Source of the DNA: Aeropyrum pernix K1
GTDB lineage: Archaea > Thermoproteota > Thermoprotei_A > Sulfolobales > Acidilobaceae
Direction: 5' to 3'
NCBI RefSeq assembly: GCF_000011125.1
Contig: NC_000854.2
Location: 720,001 to 752,000 of the forward strand
Length of the DNA stretch: 32,000 nt
The translations under genes were made by a program, and so were the position numbers. The notes below the pieces were generated by a model. That model had not been told where the DNA came from. It searched no databases and saw nothing but the letters and a program-made list of their open reading frames with translations. Positions 17,634 through 26,790 of this stretch are shown here, in pieces. Positions within the stretch are counted from its first letter, which is position 1; each line of letters starts with the position of its first letter.

Positions 17634-18214
17634 TTCCTACAGCCTCGAAACGTTTTGCTAGAGGTAAGCCCAATAGTACGAGAACATGTTACATATATTT
17701 AAATTTAAATTATATCTTGCATAGCAGTTCTAAGGTTCTCAGGTCTCTTCGCCCTAGAAGATAACAGTAATCAGCTACAGGAAATGTCCTAACCAGGATT
17801 ATCTTCACTAAATGAAGTTAAAACTAGGCTTAGCAGAGTTCCAATAAATACCAGTCTAGAGCCCTTAGCAATTCTCCATAATGTTATGGCGATCTCTCAT
17901 TGTTAGTACTCAAGATACTAGTCTTTGGTTCAATTTCTTTAAACCATTTACGTATGAACATACTATTTTACTGCAAGTTTACTCACAATATAGTTATTTT
18001 GTTCATAAATCTTATAGCCTCTAACCTCCACCTTCCACCTATGATATGGTCTTTTATTTCTAAGATATGATATTTCCATCTTTCTCGCCTATAGAGTCTA
18101 TGTCCTTAGCTTTAACGTATTCTAGGAAATCATCGTAATTCCTCTATTGTAAACTCCCTCGTTATCTTGGGATTTTATCTTAGATATACCTCGCTAGTTA
18201 TTAAAGTTTTATTG

Positions 18215-19330
18215 TTATCTTACTAATTTGATGGCTTTCAAATACTCTAGCGCTCCCAGAAGGCTAAAAGCTCTAAGAGCCGGGTGCAATGACTTATATT
18301 TAATTACTAAGATTGGCGTGCTATATTTTTTAATTATAAACATTGAGGGAACACGTAATGTTAGTGTTATACGTATTTTATATCCAATAAGGTCTTTTAT
18401 GAAATACCTCAATCCATATGTTATGGCTTTATCTTTGAAAATAAAAGTCTCAACTATATATGACACTATGCGTAATAACAAGGGAATTAAGCCGAAGTAC
18501 TCTGCTACTACAATGAGGCTATTTCTGACAAATAATGCACGAATATTTCGTGAAAGCTCGGGATCTCTTAGGCTTTCCGACTCTGCATGGGCTACTGATG
18601 GTATTAATAAGGAATAGCATTGAAACCCCTTTAGCATTAGTCTTAATGAATATTCGATATCCTCATAGTAGAGAAATAAATTACTTCTTAGAAGACCGGT
18701 TTTTCTTACTGCATCAGAATCTATGATTGCTAATGCAAATGTTATCCAGAGTACCGGAATCAGCGTGATTTTACTCGATAATCTATTGACAGTATCATAA
18801 TCTAAATCATAAAATCCCATAAAAGCGGTACCGCTATTATCTAATAGCCCTAGAGCCCATTGTATTTTATAATCCCTGTTTTCTTCTAGCTTGAAAATTA
18901 TGGGTGAAGCACATGAGATTTTATACTTTCTCATCAAGAGTATAGACTCTTTTAGAAAAGCTTTATTGAGTATTCTTACATCAGGGTTCATAATAACTAT
19001 ATATCTTGGATTCCAAGTCTTTAAAGCATAAGTTATCCCTACATTCACGCCCGCAGGAAATCCTATATTATTTTTTAACTCAAGAACGCGAATATTTCTT
19101 ATCTCTAAATTCTTTTTCAAATAATCGAAGATTAGTCTCAATGTATCATCCCATGAAGCATTATCTACAAATATAACTTGTAGTAACTCTCTAGGATAGT
19201 CGAGTGATGATAAGTCAGCTAGCAGTTTATCTATGTATTTTGACGAATTATGTGTTACTACGATTATGCTTACTTTCGGTAAACCCATTTTACCACCTCC
19301 ATAACCTCCTTTAAAACTACGTATCTCCAA
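18215..19330 (-). CDS. GT2-family glycosyltransferase (rhamnosyltransferase-like) with a C-terminal hydrophobic region
   Basis: Motifs VSIIVVTHNSSKYIDKLL, VIFVDNASWDDT, NIGFPAGVNVG and NPDV. The likely true start is Met15 (19288). It overlaps the upstream GT4 stop. Confidence 0.85.
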   Translation of the reverse strand: MEIRSFKGGYGGGKMGLPKVSIIVVTHNSSKYIDKLLADLSSLDYPRELLQVIFVDNASWDDTLRLIFDYLKKNLEIRNIRVLELKNNIGFPAGVNVGITYALKTWNPRYIVIMNPDVRILNKAFLKESILLMRKYKISCASPIIFKLEENRDYKIQWALGLLDNSGTAFMGFYDLDYDTVNRLSSKITLIPVLWITFALAIIDSDAVRKTGLLRSNLFLYYEDIEYSLRLMLKGFQCYSLLIPSVAHAESESLRDPELSRNIRALFVRNSLIVVAEYFGLIPLLLRIVSYIVETFIFKDKAITYGLRYFIKDLIGYKIRITLTLRVPSMFIIKKYSTPILVIKYKSLHPALRAFSLLGALEYLKAIKLVR

Positions 19331-20634
19331 TCAAGAAATTGGGCAAGCCTTAAAGCGTGAACTCTCACATGCTCGTTTACTTGCCTCTCTTTTTCAGTAA
19401 CACTTAAATATTCTTTAACGGCTTCATCAATGTTGTCTACGATGTGAAACCTCTCCTGTAATAGGGGTTTGCATTCAAAAATATCACATATACGCTCGTA
19501 TGCCGTCTCTATCCTAGGATTATTTAGTGCTATTACGTGAATTCCATGAACTAGGCTTTCAAGTATAGCTAGATTAAAAACATCCAATGTACTTAACATT
19601 ACTAGAGCCCTCGATCGAGATATAATTCTATAAACTTCTATGGGAGTTTTATTCACTAAAACTTCAACCTTTACATTATTGTATTGCTTAATGCCTGATA
19701 ACGATCTTTCTATGTATGGTAATTCTTCCTTTAAACAAGAGGTAATAATAGCAGCTCTTATGTTAAGATTTCTTTCAGCTAAATTTCTAAGAAAAGTTAT
19801 GAAGTTTTTAAAGGATCCTTTTGAAGGATCTAATCTTCCTATATAAATTACATCGTAAACTTTTTGCACACTATTATAATTTACAAAATATTTAAATACG
19901 CCATTAGTTGTAATTACTATCTTTATATTCTTTTCTTCCCTAAAATAGGTATTTAAAAATACAAAATCTATCGGATTGAACACAAATATTATTATTCGCT
20001 TGAATTTTCCTATAAGTCTTAATAACGGTAAGAACCCCCTATACATCAATGTCTTGATAAAATTTGAATCCCCATTAAAAGGAGGCGTTTGGATATAAAC
20101 CACCATTCCATTACTAAGGACATCGAGGCCCGGGATGATATATTGGTAGAGCTGATTGTTATTAATTACTATTATTGATCGCCTGATAATGCGACCTCTA
20201 TTAGTTAAATTTCTTATAGAGGTTAGTAGTAGCAAGATCAAGCGTATAATGAAGGAAACTCGTTTGTATGGGGGAAGGTAACTTGATATTTTTAAGGCGA
20301 AGTCGTCGCTTAAGGGAATGTTATTGTTTCCTTTTACAAGATTACTTTTATAAAGCCAATAACGTATAGATTCTATATAGTGCTTATCACTTAGCAGATA
20401 TAGTTTTATTTTTTTAGAGCGTAGATTACTAAGCGTGTAAAGCAAGCCTAAAAGTCTTATGTCTCCCCCTCCTATAACTTCCTTAGAAGAGGATGTGTTT
20501 ACAAATATAATGTTCATGCTATCTTCAACATTATCTTTCCTTAATAGAGGAGTTTTCATATTATTATCACCAAATAGATCCCTCCAGGAAACATGAGAAC
20601 CTTTAACATGATTAGTGAAAGCTTTAACAGCCAT
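19270..20634 (-). CDS. GT4-like (GT-B fold) glycosyltransferase; the likely true start is ATG 20559 or 20517
   Basis: The C-terminal domain has YIGRLDPSKG...LAILESLVHGIHVIA (an EX7E-like motif). MNIIFVNT at 20517 is a typical GT4 N-terminus. The long form overlaps the upstream gene by 79 nt. Confidence 0.7.
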   Translation of the reverse strand: MAVKAFTNHVKGSHVSWRDLFGDNNMKTPLLRKDNVEDSMNIIFVNTSSSKEVIGGGDIRLLGLLYTLSNLRSKKIKLYLLSDKHYIESIRYWLYKSNLVKGNNNIPLSDDFALKISSYLPPYKRVSFIIRLILLLLTSIRNLTNRGRIIRRSIIVINNNQLYQYIIPGLDVLSNGMVVYIQTPPFNGDSNFIKTLMYRGFLPLLRLIGKFKRIIIFVFNPIDFVFLNTYFREEKNIKIVITTNGVFKYFVNYNSVQKVYDVIYIGRLDPSKGSFKNFITFLRNLAERNLNIRAAIITSCLKEELPYIERSLSGIKQYNNVKVEVLVNKTPIEVYRIISRSRALVMLSTLDVFNLAILESLVHGIHVIALNNPRIETAYERICDIFECKPLLQERFHIVDNIDEAVKEYLSVTEKERQVNEHVRVHALRLAQFLDWRYVVLKEVMEVVKWVYRK

Positions 20635-22868
20635 AGTTCATGGTAAATATTTATAGTGGTAGAATTGTTTTTAATCCTAAATAAATTATATAGTGATAGG
20701 CTATCCATTTTTTCAAGATCATTAGAAGCCCAGTAAGGTGACTGACGCTCATTATACCTAATTACCGATAAGACATGTTTATCAGGCTCAATTAATATTT
20801 GAACGTTGAAGGGTAAGTAATCAATCTTGAATTTTATGTACGTAGTTCTCAGTTGAAACAATAAGTCTCTTATGTCGTCAAGGAATTCTTCTGTGCTAAT
20901 GTTCCTAGTCATACCGTCCTGCTTCTTAATTATGGAAATATTCCAGCTATTTTTAATAGAACATTTCTCGTTGAACTTAATGATATATATAGGATAAGTC
21001 GCGCTCCTCAACGAATTTGGAGGTACAAAATCTATTACTGTATATGATCTTAAATATAGCTGGGCTAAGGTTTTGTCTTCCGCTATTAGCTTGGAGAGAA
21101 CTTCAAGTCCTTTAATGTAACAAGCCTCATTATATGGTTCGATAGTTATGGGTAGTACGATATAGACTGGTGACCATGTGAAGTTATAAAGGTGAATTCT
21201 CCTGTTCTTATCTACTAATGCTTGAATATACAAGGTTTTTGCGATTACACTTACTTCAACTCTATCAGTGGCCAAAATATCTTGTATTTTCTCTATCTCC
21301 GCCGAATGCTTGACGTAAGGTCCAAAGACTTCGAAGGGTCTTAATGCGACAGCGTACGTATAATAGTACCGTAAATATCCCTTGCCCTTAGCAATCCATA
21401 TGTAAGGTATGAAAGCAGTTGAATAGCCAAAACTCTCCTGAGTATCTATAAGTAGCTTAAGAGATTCTTCATACTGTTGAGATACGTTATGGTTTTCCGT
21501 AACGGGTAAATGTATGGAGTAAAGAAGTGCTGATACCATCACTATACCTAATACGATTCCCCCGAACGCTAGTTGTAATACTCTTCGTGTTTTCCTAAGA
21601 TTCTTAAATAATGACGATAGATGAGAGAGCATTATAGTTGTCATTAATGTTAAGTAAAGGCTTACTGGTATACCTATTTTAATAGGTTGGGTTATCCCTG
21701 AGAGAAGGGTAGATACAAGGGGGTTCTGCCATAGCATTTCTAAAACTTCAGGGTTTCTTGCTATATCCGAAGCAACCATTAAGTAGCCTATTACAGCTAA
21801 AAAACCTATAATAGAGTATAGCGTCATGAATTGACTGTAGTGTTTATTTCGTCTCTTAGCTATCATGAGGATATTCGTAGTGGCTATTGATGCTATTATG
21901 AAAATAGGGATTGTAGGTAAGGCTTTGTTGAGGGTACCCCAAGCAGGAGCCCAGAGATATGAAAACCATAAGGCTAAGGGTAAATTATTAAATCTATAAT
22001 TATATGAAAAATCTGCCATTTTCACCTTTAATAGGTCTTCGGGATTTCGAAGCCCTTGAGACTCTATAGAGGAAAGTATCGTGCCCTTATACGATATATA
22101 ATAGGGTATGAGGAATCCTATAGCAACAATGATTAAAGCTACAAGAGCGATTAGCACATTTCTAGCAGTACTAGCTTCCCCAATATCTATAATAATCAAA
22201 ACTAGTAGAGTAATCATCATTGGTAGCCAAATGAATAAAAAGAAAATACTGTAATATGGATAGAGCGTTGATATCATAAGCAAGCCTATAAAGACTCCTA
22301 GAATCAAACCTAAAAATGATGTTTTGAATATGATTGTCACTATTGTACTACTTCCTGTGCTTTTGCTTTTCTCTATGTAATACAAATATTTTATAAGCAT
22401 ATAGGTAACCCAAGGAGTAAGAGCATAAGCTCCCATCATACCATAAATGGAATGAACTGATTCATGCCATGTAAATGCTGAGATAGCGTAAATTATACCG
22501 CTCAGAACTCTAATGCTCGTCTTACTAGTTATGAATTTTGAGAGAGCAAAGAAACCCAAACCCATTATTAGGAACCATAAAACTACTAGTGCTGCTTCAG
22601 AATATTTCCCAAAGATTATGAGGAAAACCTGCTTAATGATACTAAAGTAAGGTATTTCACTACTGATTACAGTACGACTAAAATAAAATGACCAGGGAGA
22701 TAAATATATAATAATGAGATCCTTTAGGGTCCTAGGGTATACAGGGTAAGTATCGGCACCTATCCATGGACTTAACGGTAAGAGCTTATGGATATATATT
22801 AATCCAGTTAAGATGTAGATAATTCCAATAATTAATATTATTATGAATTTCCTTAACAAATTTATCAC
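20556..22868 (-). CDS. Large polytopic membrane protein (770 aa; about 13-15 TM helices plus a C-terminal soluble domain of about 300 aa); GT-C-like, candidate glycan polymerase or lipid-linked-sugar transferase
   Basis: The hydrophobicity pattern is clear by eye. An acidic residue sits in the first loop (SPWIGADTYPVYP). No WWDYG motif is present, so it is not a canonical AglB/STT3. Its GTG start overlaps the upstream stop (GTGA). The CDS call is secure, but the function is inferred. Confidence 0.6.
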   Translation of the reverse strand: MINLLRKFIIILIIGIIYILTGLIYIHKLLPLSPWIGADTYPVYPRTLKDLIIIYLSPWSFYFSRTVISSEIPYFSIIKQVFLIIFGKYSEAALVVLWFLIMGLGFFALSKFITSKTSIRVLSGIIYAISAFTWHESVHSIYGMMGAYALTPWVTYMLIKYLYYIEKSKSTGSSTIVTIIFKTSFLGLILGVFIGLLMISTLYPYYSIFFLFIWLPMMITLLVLIIIDIGEASTARNVLIALVALIIVAIGFLIPYYISYKGTILSSIESQGLRNPEDLLKVKMADFSYNYRFNNLPLALWFSYLWAPAWGTLNKALPTIPIFIIASIATTNILMIAKRRNKHYSQFMTLYSIIGFLAVIGYLMVASDIARNPEVLEMLWQNPLVSTLLSGITQPIKIGIPVSLYLTLMTTIMLSHLSSLFKNLRKTRRVLQLAFGGIVLGIVMVSALLYSIHLPVTENHNVSQQYEESLKLLIDTQESFGYSTAFIPYIWIAKGKGYLRYYYTYAVALRPFEVFGPYVKHSAEIEKIQDILATDRVEVSVIAKTLYIQALVDKNRRIHLYNFTWSPVYIVLPITIEPYNEACYIKGLEVLSKLIAEDKTLAQLYLRSYTVIDFVPPNSLRSATYPIYIIKFNEKCSIKNSWNISIIKKQDGMTRNISTEEFLDDIRDLLFQLRTTYIKFKIDYLPFNVQILIEPDKHVLSVIRYNERQSPYWASNDLEKMDSLSLYNLFRIKNNSTTINIYHELWLLKLSLIMLKVLMFPGGIYLVIII

Positions 22869-24016
22869 CTTAGTTCTAGTATTTCAAATGTTCTTTGCCA
22901 TATATCTGACAGAATCTGGCTACATCTCCAGTAGTTAAAGCTCTTTGCAAGCCTCTCAGCTCCTTTAAGAAGAGTGTTCGAATCCTCTAATGCAACCTTA
23001 ACCTTACTTAATATATAGCTAGGTTTAAGTTTCCCAACTACCATCCCTGCCTTAAATCTATTTACATAGCTGGATATTTCAAAATATTCAGGCAAAATGA
23101 CTGGTGTATGAGCAGCTAAGTATACTTTAGGTTTCATAGGATCGGTAGTCAAAGATTCGTAAGAGGGTCTTGTAAGTACAACTCCAAGGGAGGCTCTACT
23201 TGCTATTTGAAGTGCACGTTTAAGAGGTTGAGGACCATAATAAATAACTCTTTTGTTAATTTCGCCAATTCTTTCAAAGATTTTTTCATATAATAAACCT
23301 TTACCAACTATATGAATAATAGTGTCGTTTCCATTTTTTGTGAATGTTTTTACTAATTCAAGAAGGATATCTACACCTTTATCCTTGCTTAGCGAACCTA
23401 TGTATACAATATCATTGCTTTTTCTTCGAGTGTAATTGAGTGTTTTGTCGATTACATCGTCTCGAATACATATAGGGGTTTGCACCGTATATTTTGCTCC
23501 GAGCTTTCTTCTTATTTCTGCTAGCCTATTACTTAAGCACCAAACAATGTCACTATGAGTAGTTGTGTATAAATCTAAAAACTTATATAATTTTGAGCGA
23601 GTGGGTGAAGTGAAGTTATGTGATTGCAATATCACCTTGCTTATATAATTCTTTTGCTTAAGCATTATTGCAATAGTTGCCGTGATAGGATCTTGCGCTA
23701 TTGCTATGTCATAGTGTTTCGCTTCAGCTGTGATAGAAATAATCGATAAGGTGTATTCAATAATCTTTGCTGCGATCTCCAGCGATGGGATTCTAGTATT
23801 AATTGATGGAAAGTGAAAGCTGCGTTCAAAGATTTTTTCCCCTTTTTCATAGGAGGTAATAATGACTTTATTCTCTTCAGATTTAAGTGGTATCTTCACA
23901 ATAGTGCTTCGTTGTACATTCATAATTTTGTTTAAATACCATTCTAAGTCATCTGCAGGGCCATAAGAATAGTAATGTGTTAGTATAAGTATTGAGTAAT
24001 TATTAGTCCTCTTCAT
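22865..24016 (-). CDS. GT4-like glycosyltransferase
   Basis: 383 aa with a GT-B C-terminal domain pattern (VYIGSLSKDKGVDILLELV...IHIVGKG). An ATGA start/stop overlap with the upstream GT2 suggests translational coupling. Confidence 0.7.
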   Translation of the reverse strand: MKRTNNYSILILTHYYSYGPADDLEWYLNKIMNVQRSTIVKIPLKSEENKVIITSYEKGEKIFERSFHFPSINTRIPSLEIAAKIIEYTLSIISITAEAKHYDIAIAQDPITATIAIMLKQKNYISKVILQSHNFTSPTRSKLYKFLDLYTTTHSDIVWCLSNRLAEIRRKLGAKYTVQTPICIRDDVIDKTLNYTRRKSNDIVYIGSLSKDKGVDILLELVKTFTKNGNDTIIHIVGKGLLYEKIFERIGEINKRVIYYGPQPLKRALQIASRASLGVVLTRPSYESLTTDPMKPKVYLAAHTPVILPEYFEISSYVNRFKAGMVVGKLKPSYILSKVKVALEDSNTLLKGAERLAKSFNYWRCSQILSDIWQRTFEILELR

Positions 24017-24864
24017 AGCGTTTTAATTCTTCCTAAGGTATATGCTATTGCCTTTATAGTCCATAGCATTATTGATGCTAAGCTATCTGGATGCAAACCG
24101 GGTTTTCTCGGTATTTTCTTTTTAGAAAGTTCTGGATAATATTGTGTTAAATTCATCTCTGTTATTCCGTATCTGTAGAACTTTCTTACAACTTGTTTGA
24201 GGCTTTCAGGCTCTACATGGTATATGGCGTTGCTGATAATGCCTAATTTTTCAGAGTACGTCCATGCTTCTAAATATATTAATGCATGATCCTGTGATAC
24301 AAGCTTCAACATTATTTCTAGGGGCAACTTCTCTCTTATCCTTTTAAACGTCTTGTTCAGTATCTCGTACCTATACATTCTTGCTAGTAGTACGCCGTGT
24401 AATGGATGTAAATCTTTAATTCTAAACACATGCCTCCTGTCAATGTAGAATAGCCATTGCACAAGAGTTCTTGGCTTATAGCTTGTCTCCTCAAGGATCA
24501 AAGCATCGTAACCCCTCCTAACCATTTTTACTCCCCTTTCTATCGCTGTATGTTCAAGGATCTGGTCGGAGTCTAGAAGGAGTTCCACTTCTCCCTTAGC
24601 GTGGAGATGCCCTAGATAACGAGCCCATAATAATCCTCCACTTGTTTGAATAACTCTAGCATTATACTTCTCTGCTATTTTTACTGTTCCATCGGTACTG
24701 TAGTTATCTACTATGATTACTTCTATGTTTTTATATGTCTGTCTCTTTATCGATTCTAGAGTTAAAGACAGTGTTTTCTCTGAGTTGTATGTTGGTATAA
24801 CTATAGATACTAGTGGACATTCTGGATTAACACTGTTAACATATTTATTATTACCTCCATGCAA
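24013..24864 (-). CDS. GT2-family glycosyltransferase
   Basis: Motifs VSIVIPTYNSEKTLSLTLESIKRQTYKNIEVIIVDNYSTDGT and LLDSDQ (DxD). Confidence 0.9.
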   Translation of the reverse strand: MHGGNNKYVNSVNPECPLVSIVIPTYNSEKTLSLTLESIKRQTYKNIEVIIVDNYSTDGTVKIAEKYNARVIQTSGGLLWARYLGHLHAKGEVELLLDSDQILEHTAIERGVKMVRRGYDALILEETSYKPRTLVQWLFYIDRRHVFRIKDLHPLHGVLLARMYRYEILNKTFKRIREKLPLEIMLKLVSQDHALIYLEAWTYSEKLGIISNAIYHVEPESLKQVVRKFYRYGITEMNLTQYYPELSKKKIPRKPGLHPDSLASIMLWTIKAIAYTLGRIKTL

Positions 24865-24903
24865 AGAGGATCGCCAGTTCTCTGTTCTTTAATATTCTTT
24901 AAT

Positions 24904-25690
24904 CTACCTAGTTTCGCTATGGAATAGATAGCGGATCGTAGAAGCTTCAGACCTACCATGTTCTGTAGCTCTATATGGGGGTCGTGCGTCTTTGGCAGTA
25001 AGTGGTGGGTAAAAGTACTTTACGGAGAAGCCTGCTGATTTAAGTTTATTGACAATGATATTTAGGGATCCATACCTGAGGTGTACCTCCATCACTATAC
25101 GTTCAACAGATCTTAACAGGTTTGGATCTACTGATTTAAAGATATCGAACTCTGCCCCTTCTATATTCATTTTAAGTAGCACTTTATCATTTCCCGTGTA
25201 GCTCTCAATGAGTTCGTTTAAATGTTTAGTTTGTATACGATAGCATTTTGAAGGACTTTCTATCATTATGCTTGAACCACCACTATGTGTAGACTCACAT
25301 AATTTAGTCCTATCGGTTTTTGTTCCTACTATAGCGGCGTTTAGTGTTAACATGCCCTCCACGTTATTTGCTATCTTGTTTATCTTTAACAACTTATAGT
25401 TTATGGGGTGTGGCTCCACCGAGATAACTCTATGCGCGTAATTAGAGACTACCAAAGAGTAAAGACCTATGTGAGCCCCCACATCGAGTACTGTAAAGCC
25501 TTTAAGGTTCTCGATCCCGAACAATGGTATGTATTCGTAATTCTCTATTTATCAAAACGTCTTTTATGCTTCCCCAACATTCATCGTCGGGGACGTAGGC
25601 TTCATAAAGTCTGTTCCCCACGCTAAACCTTGCCCTGATTACGTTACCCTGAACTCGCAAGAGTTTGTTGACAATACTATAGATATCCAT
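24904..25690 (-). pseudogene. FkbM-family SAM-dependent methyltransferase interrupted by a 1-nt frameshift near 25540 (two ORFs: 25502-25690 and 24904-25524)
   Basis: The downstream ORF carries FTVLDVGAHIGLYSLVV...VISVEPHP (FkbM motif I) but starts at a TTG with no N-terminal region. The 62-aa upstream ORF ends ...DVLINRE. The other frame continues as ENYEYIPLFGIENLKG immediately after a stop. Removing one base around 25540 fuses them into a protein of about 262 aa, the normal FkbM length. Confidence 0.7.
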
Positions 25691-25694
25691 CGTG

Positions 25695-26786
25695 CTAGAT
25701 CCTCGTAATATCTTCCAATATATTTAAGAAAGTTATTGCTGTGTTATCCCAGCTGAAGCTCTGTGCATAGTTGTACGCGTTCTCCGACAGCTTGTTTCTC
25801 AGGCTATTGTCTGTTAACAACCATGCTATTGCTTTCGCTAGCTGCTCTATGTTTCCCGGCTCTACTAATATTCCCGTTTCCATGTGTTTCACGGAATCTC
25901 TTAGTCCTGGCACGTTGTATGCTATTGCTGGTATTTTGCATGCTGCTGCTTCTGTTATGGTTATTCCCCACCCCTCTATCATGCTTGTTGAAACTATTAT
26001 CCATGCTCTCTGCATCCACATGATCTTCTCTTGCTCGGACATTTTCCCAAGGAAGTGGACATCCCTTGGCTCTAGCTTCTTGGCTAGCTCCCTCATCTTC
26101 TGCTCTTGATCTCCGGTCCCTATGATTATTAGCTGTGCGTCTGGGATCTCCTGCTTGACTATTCTGTATGCTTTGAGGAGGTGGTCAAGGTTCTTGTACA
26201 TCTTTATTCTTCCTGCCCACAGTATTGTTGGTCTTGGGTCTTTTGATCCTGGTCTATACTTCTCGAGGTCTACACCGTTGGGTACGACGGCTATTCTATC
26301 GGGGTCTATACCGAGCCTCTTCGCAAGCTCTTTTTTTGTTGATTGTGAAACGGCTATGAAGCGCCTATAGATTTTGGCGATGGTTTTCTCGGCTCTGCTG
26401 ACTATCCATGCAAGCGGTTTTGGCAGCTCTATATAGACGACGTCCTGGTGTACGTGGTGTATCTGCGCTACCACGGGTGTTTTCGTTACCAGTGGCGAGT
26501 ACCACGGAACAGCGTGGGCGATATCGTCTACGATAACATCGTATTCATGACCGTGTTTCCTGACGTAGAGTGGTGCTAGGAGGTGTATCGAGGCTCTACC
26601 ACCGCTACGCTTAATCCTAATACCTTCTAGAACCTCTTCGCCTGGCAGTCTGCTTACTTTCTCGCATAGCACCATGACCTCGTGGCCCATCTTCACAAGT
26701 CTACGGGCTATCTCGTAAAGCCTAACCTCCGCACCACCCGCCTGGGGATGCTTCGGGTCTCGGTGGTTTATCCATAGAATCCTCAT
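25695..26786 (-). CDS. GT4-family glycosyltransferase
   Basis: MRILWINHRDPKHPQAGGAEV at the N-terminus and STSMIEGWGITITEAAACKIPAIAYNVPGLRDSV...GILVEP (classic EX7E). Noticeably higher G+C than the genes downstream of it. Confidence 0.9.
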   Translation of the reverse strand: MRILWINHRDPKHPQAGGAEVRLYEIARRLVKMGHEVMVLCEKVSRLPGEEVLEGIRIKRSGGRASIHLLAPLYVRKHGHEYDVIVDDIAHAVPWYSPLVTKTPVVAQIHHVHQDVVYIELPKPLAWIVSRAEKTIAKIYRRFIAVSQSTKKELAKRLGIDPDRIAVVPNGVDLEKYRPGSKDPRPTILWAGRIKMYKNLDHLLKAYRIVKQEIPDAQLIIIGTGDQEQKMRELAKKLEPRDVHFLGKMSEQEKIMWMQRAWIIVSTSMIEGWGITITEAAACKIPAIAYNVPGLRDSVKHMETGILVEPGNIEQLAKAIAWLLTDNSLRNKLSENAYNYAQSFSWDNTAITFLNILEDITRI

Positions 26787-26790
26787 GCTG

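Noticed and set aside
20556-22868. Considered calling the 770-aa membrane protein the oligosaccharyltransferase AglB/STT3
   Set aside because: No WWDYG/WWDxG motif or DK/MI motif was found after the last TM helix. Only a generic GT-C-like description is supportable.
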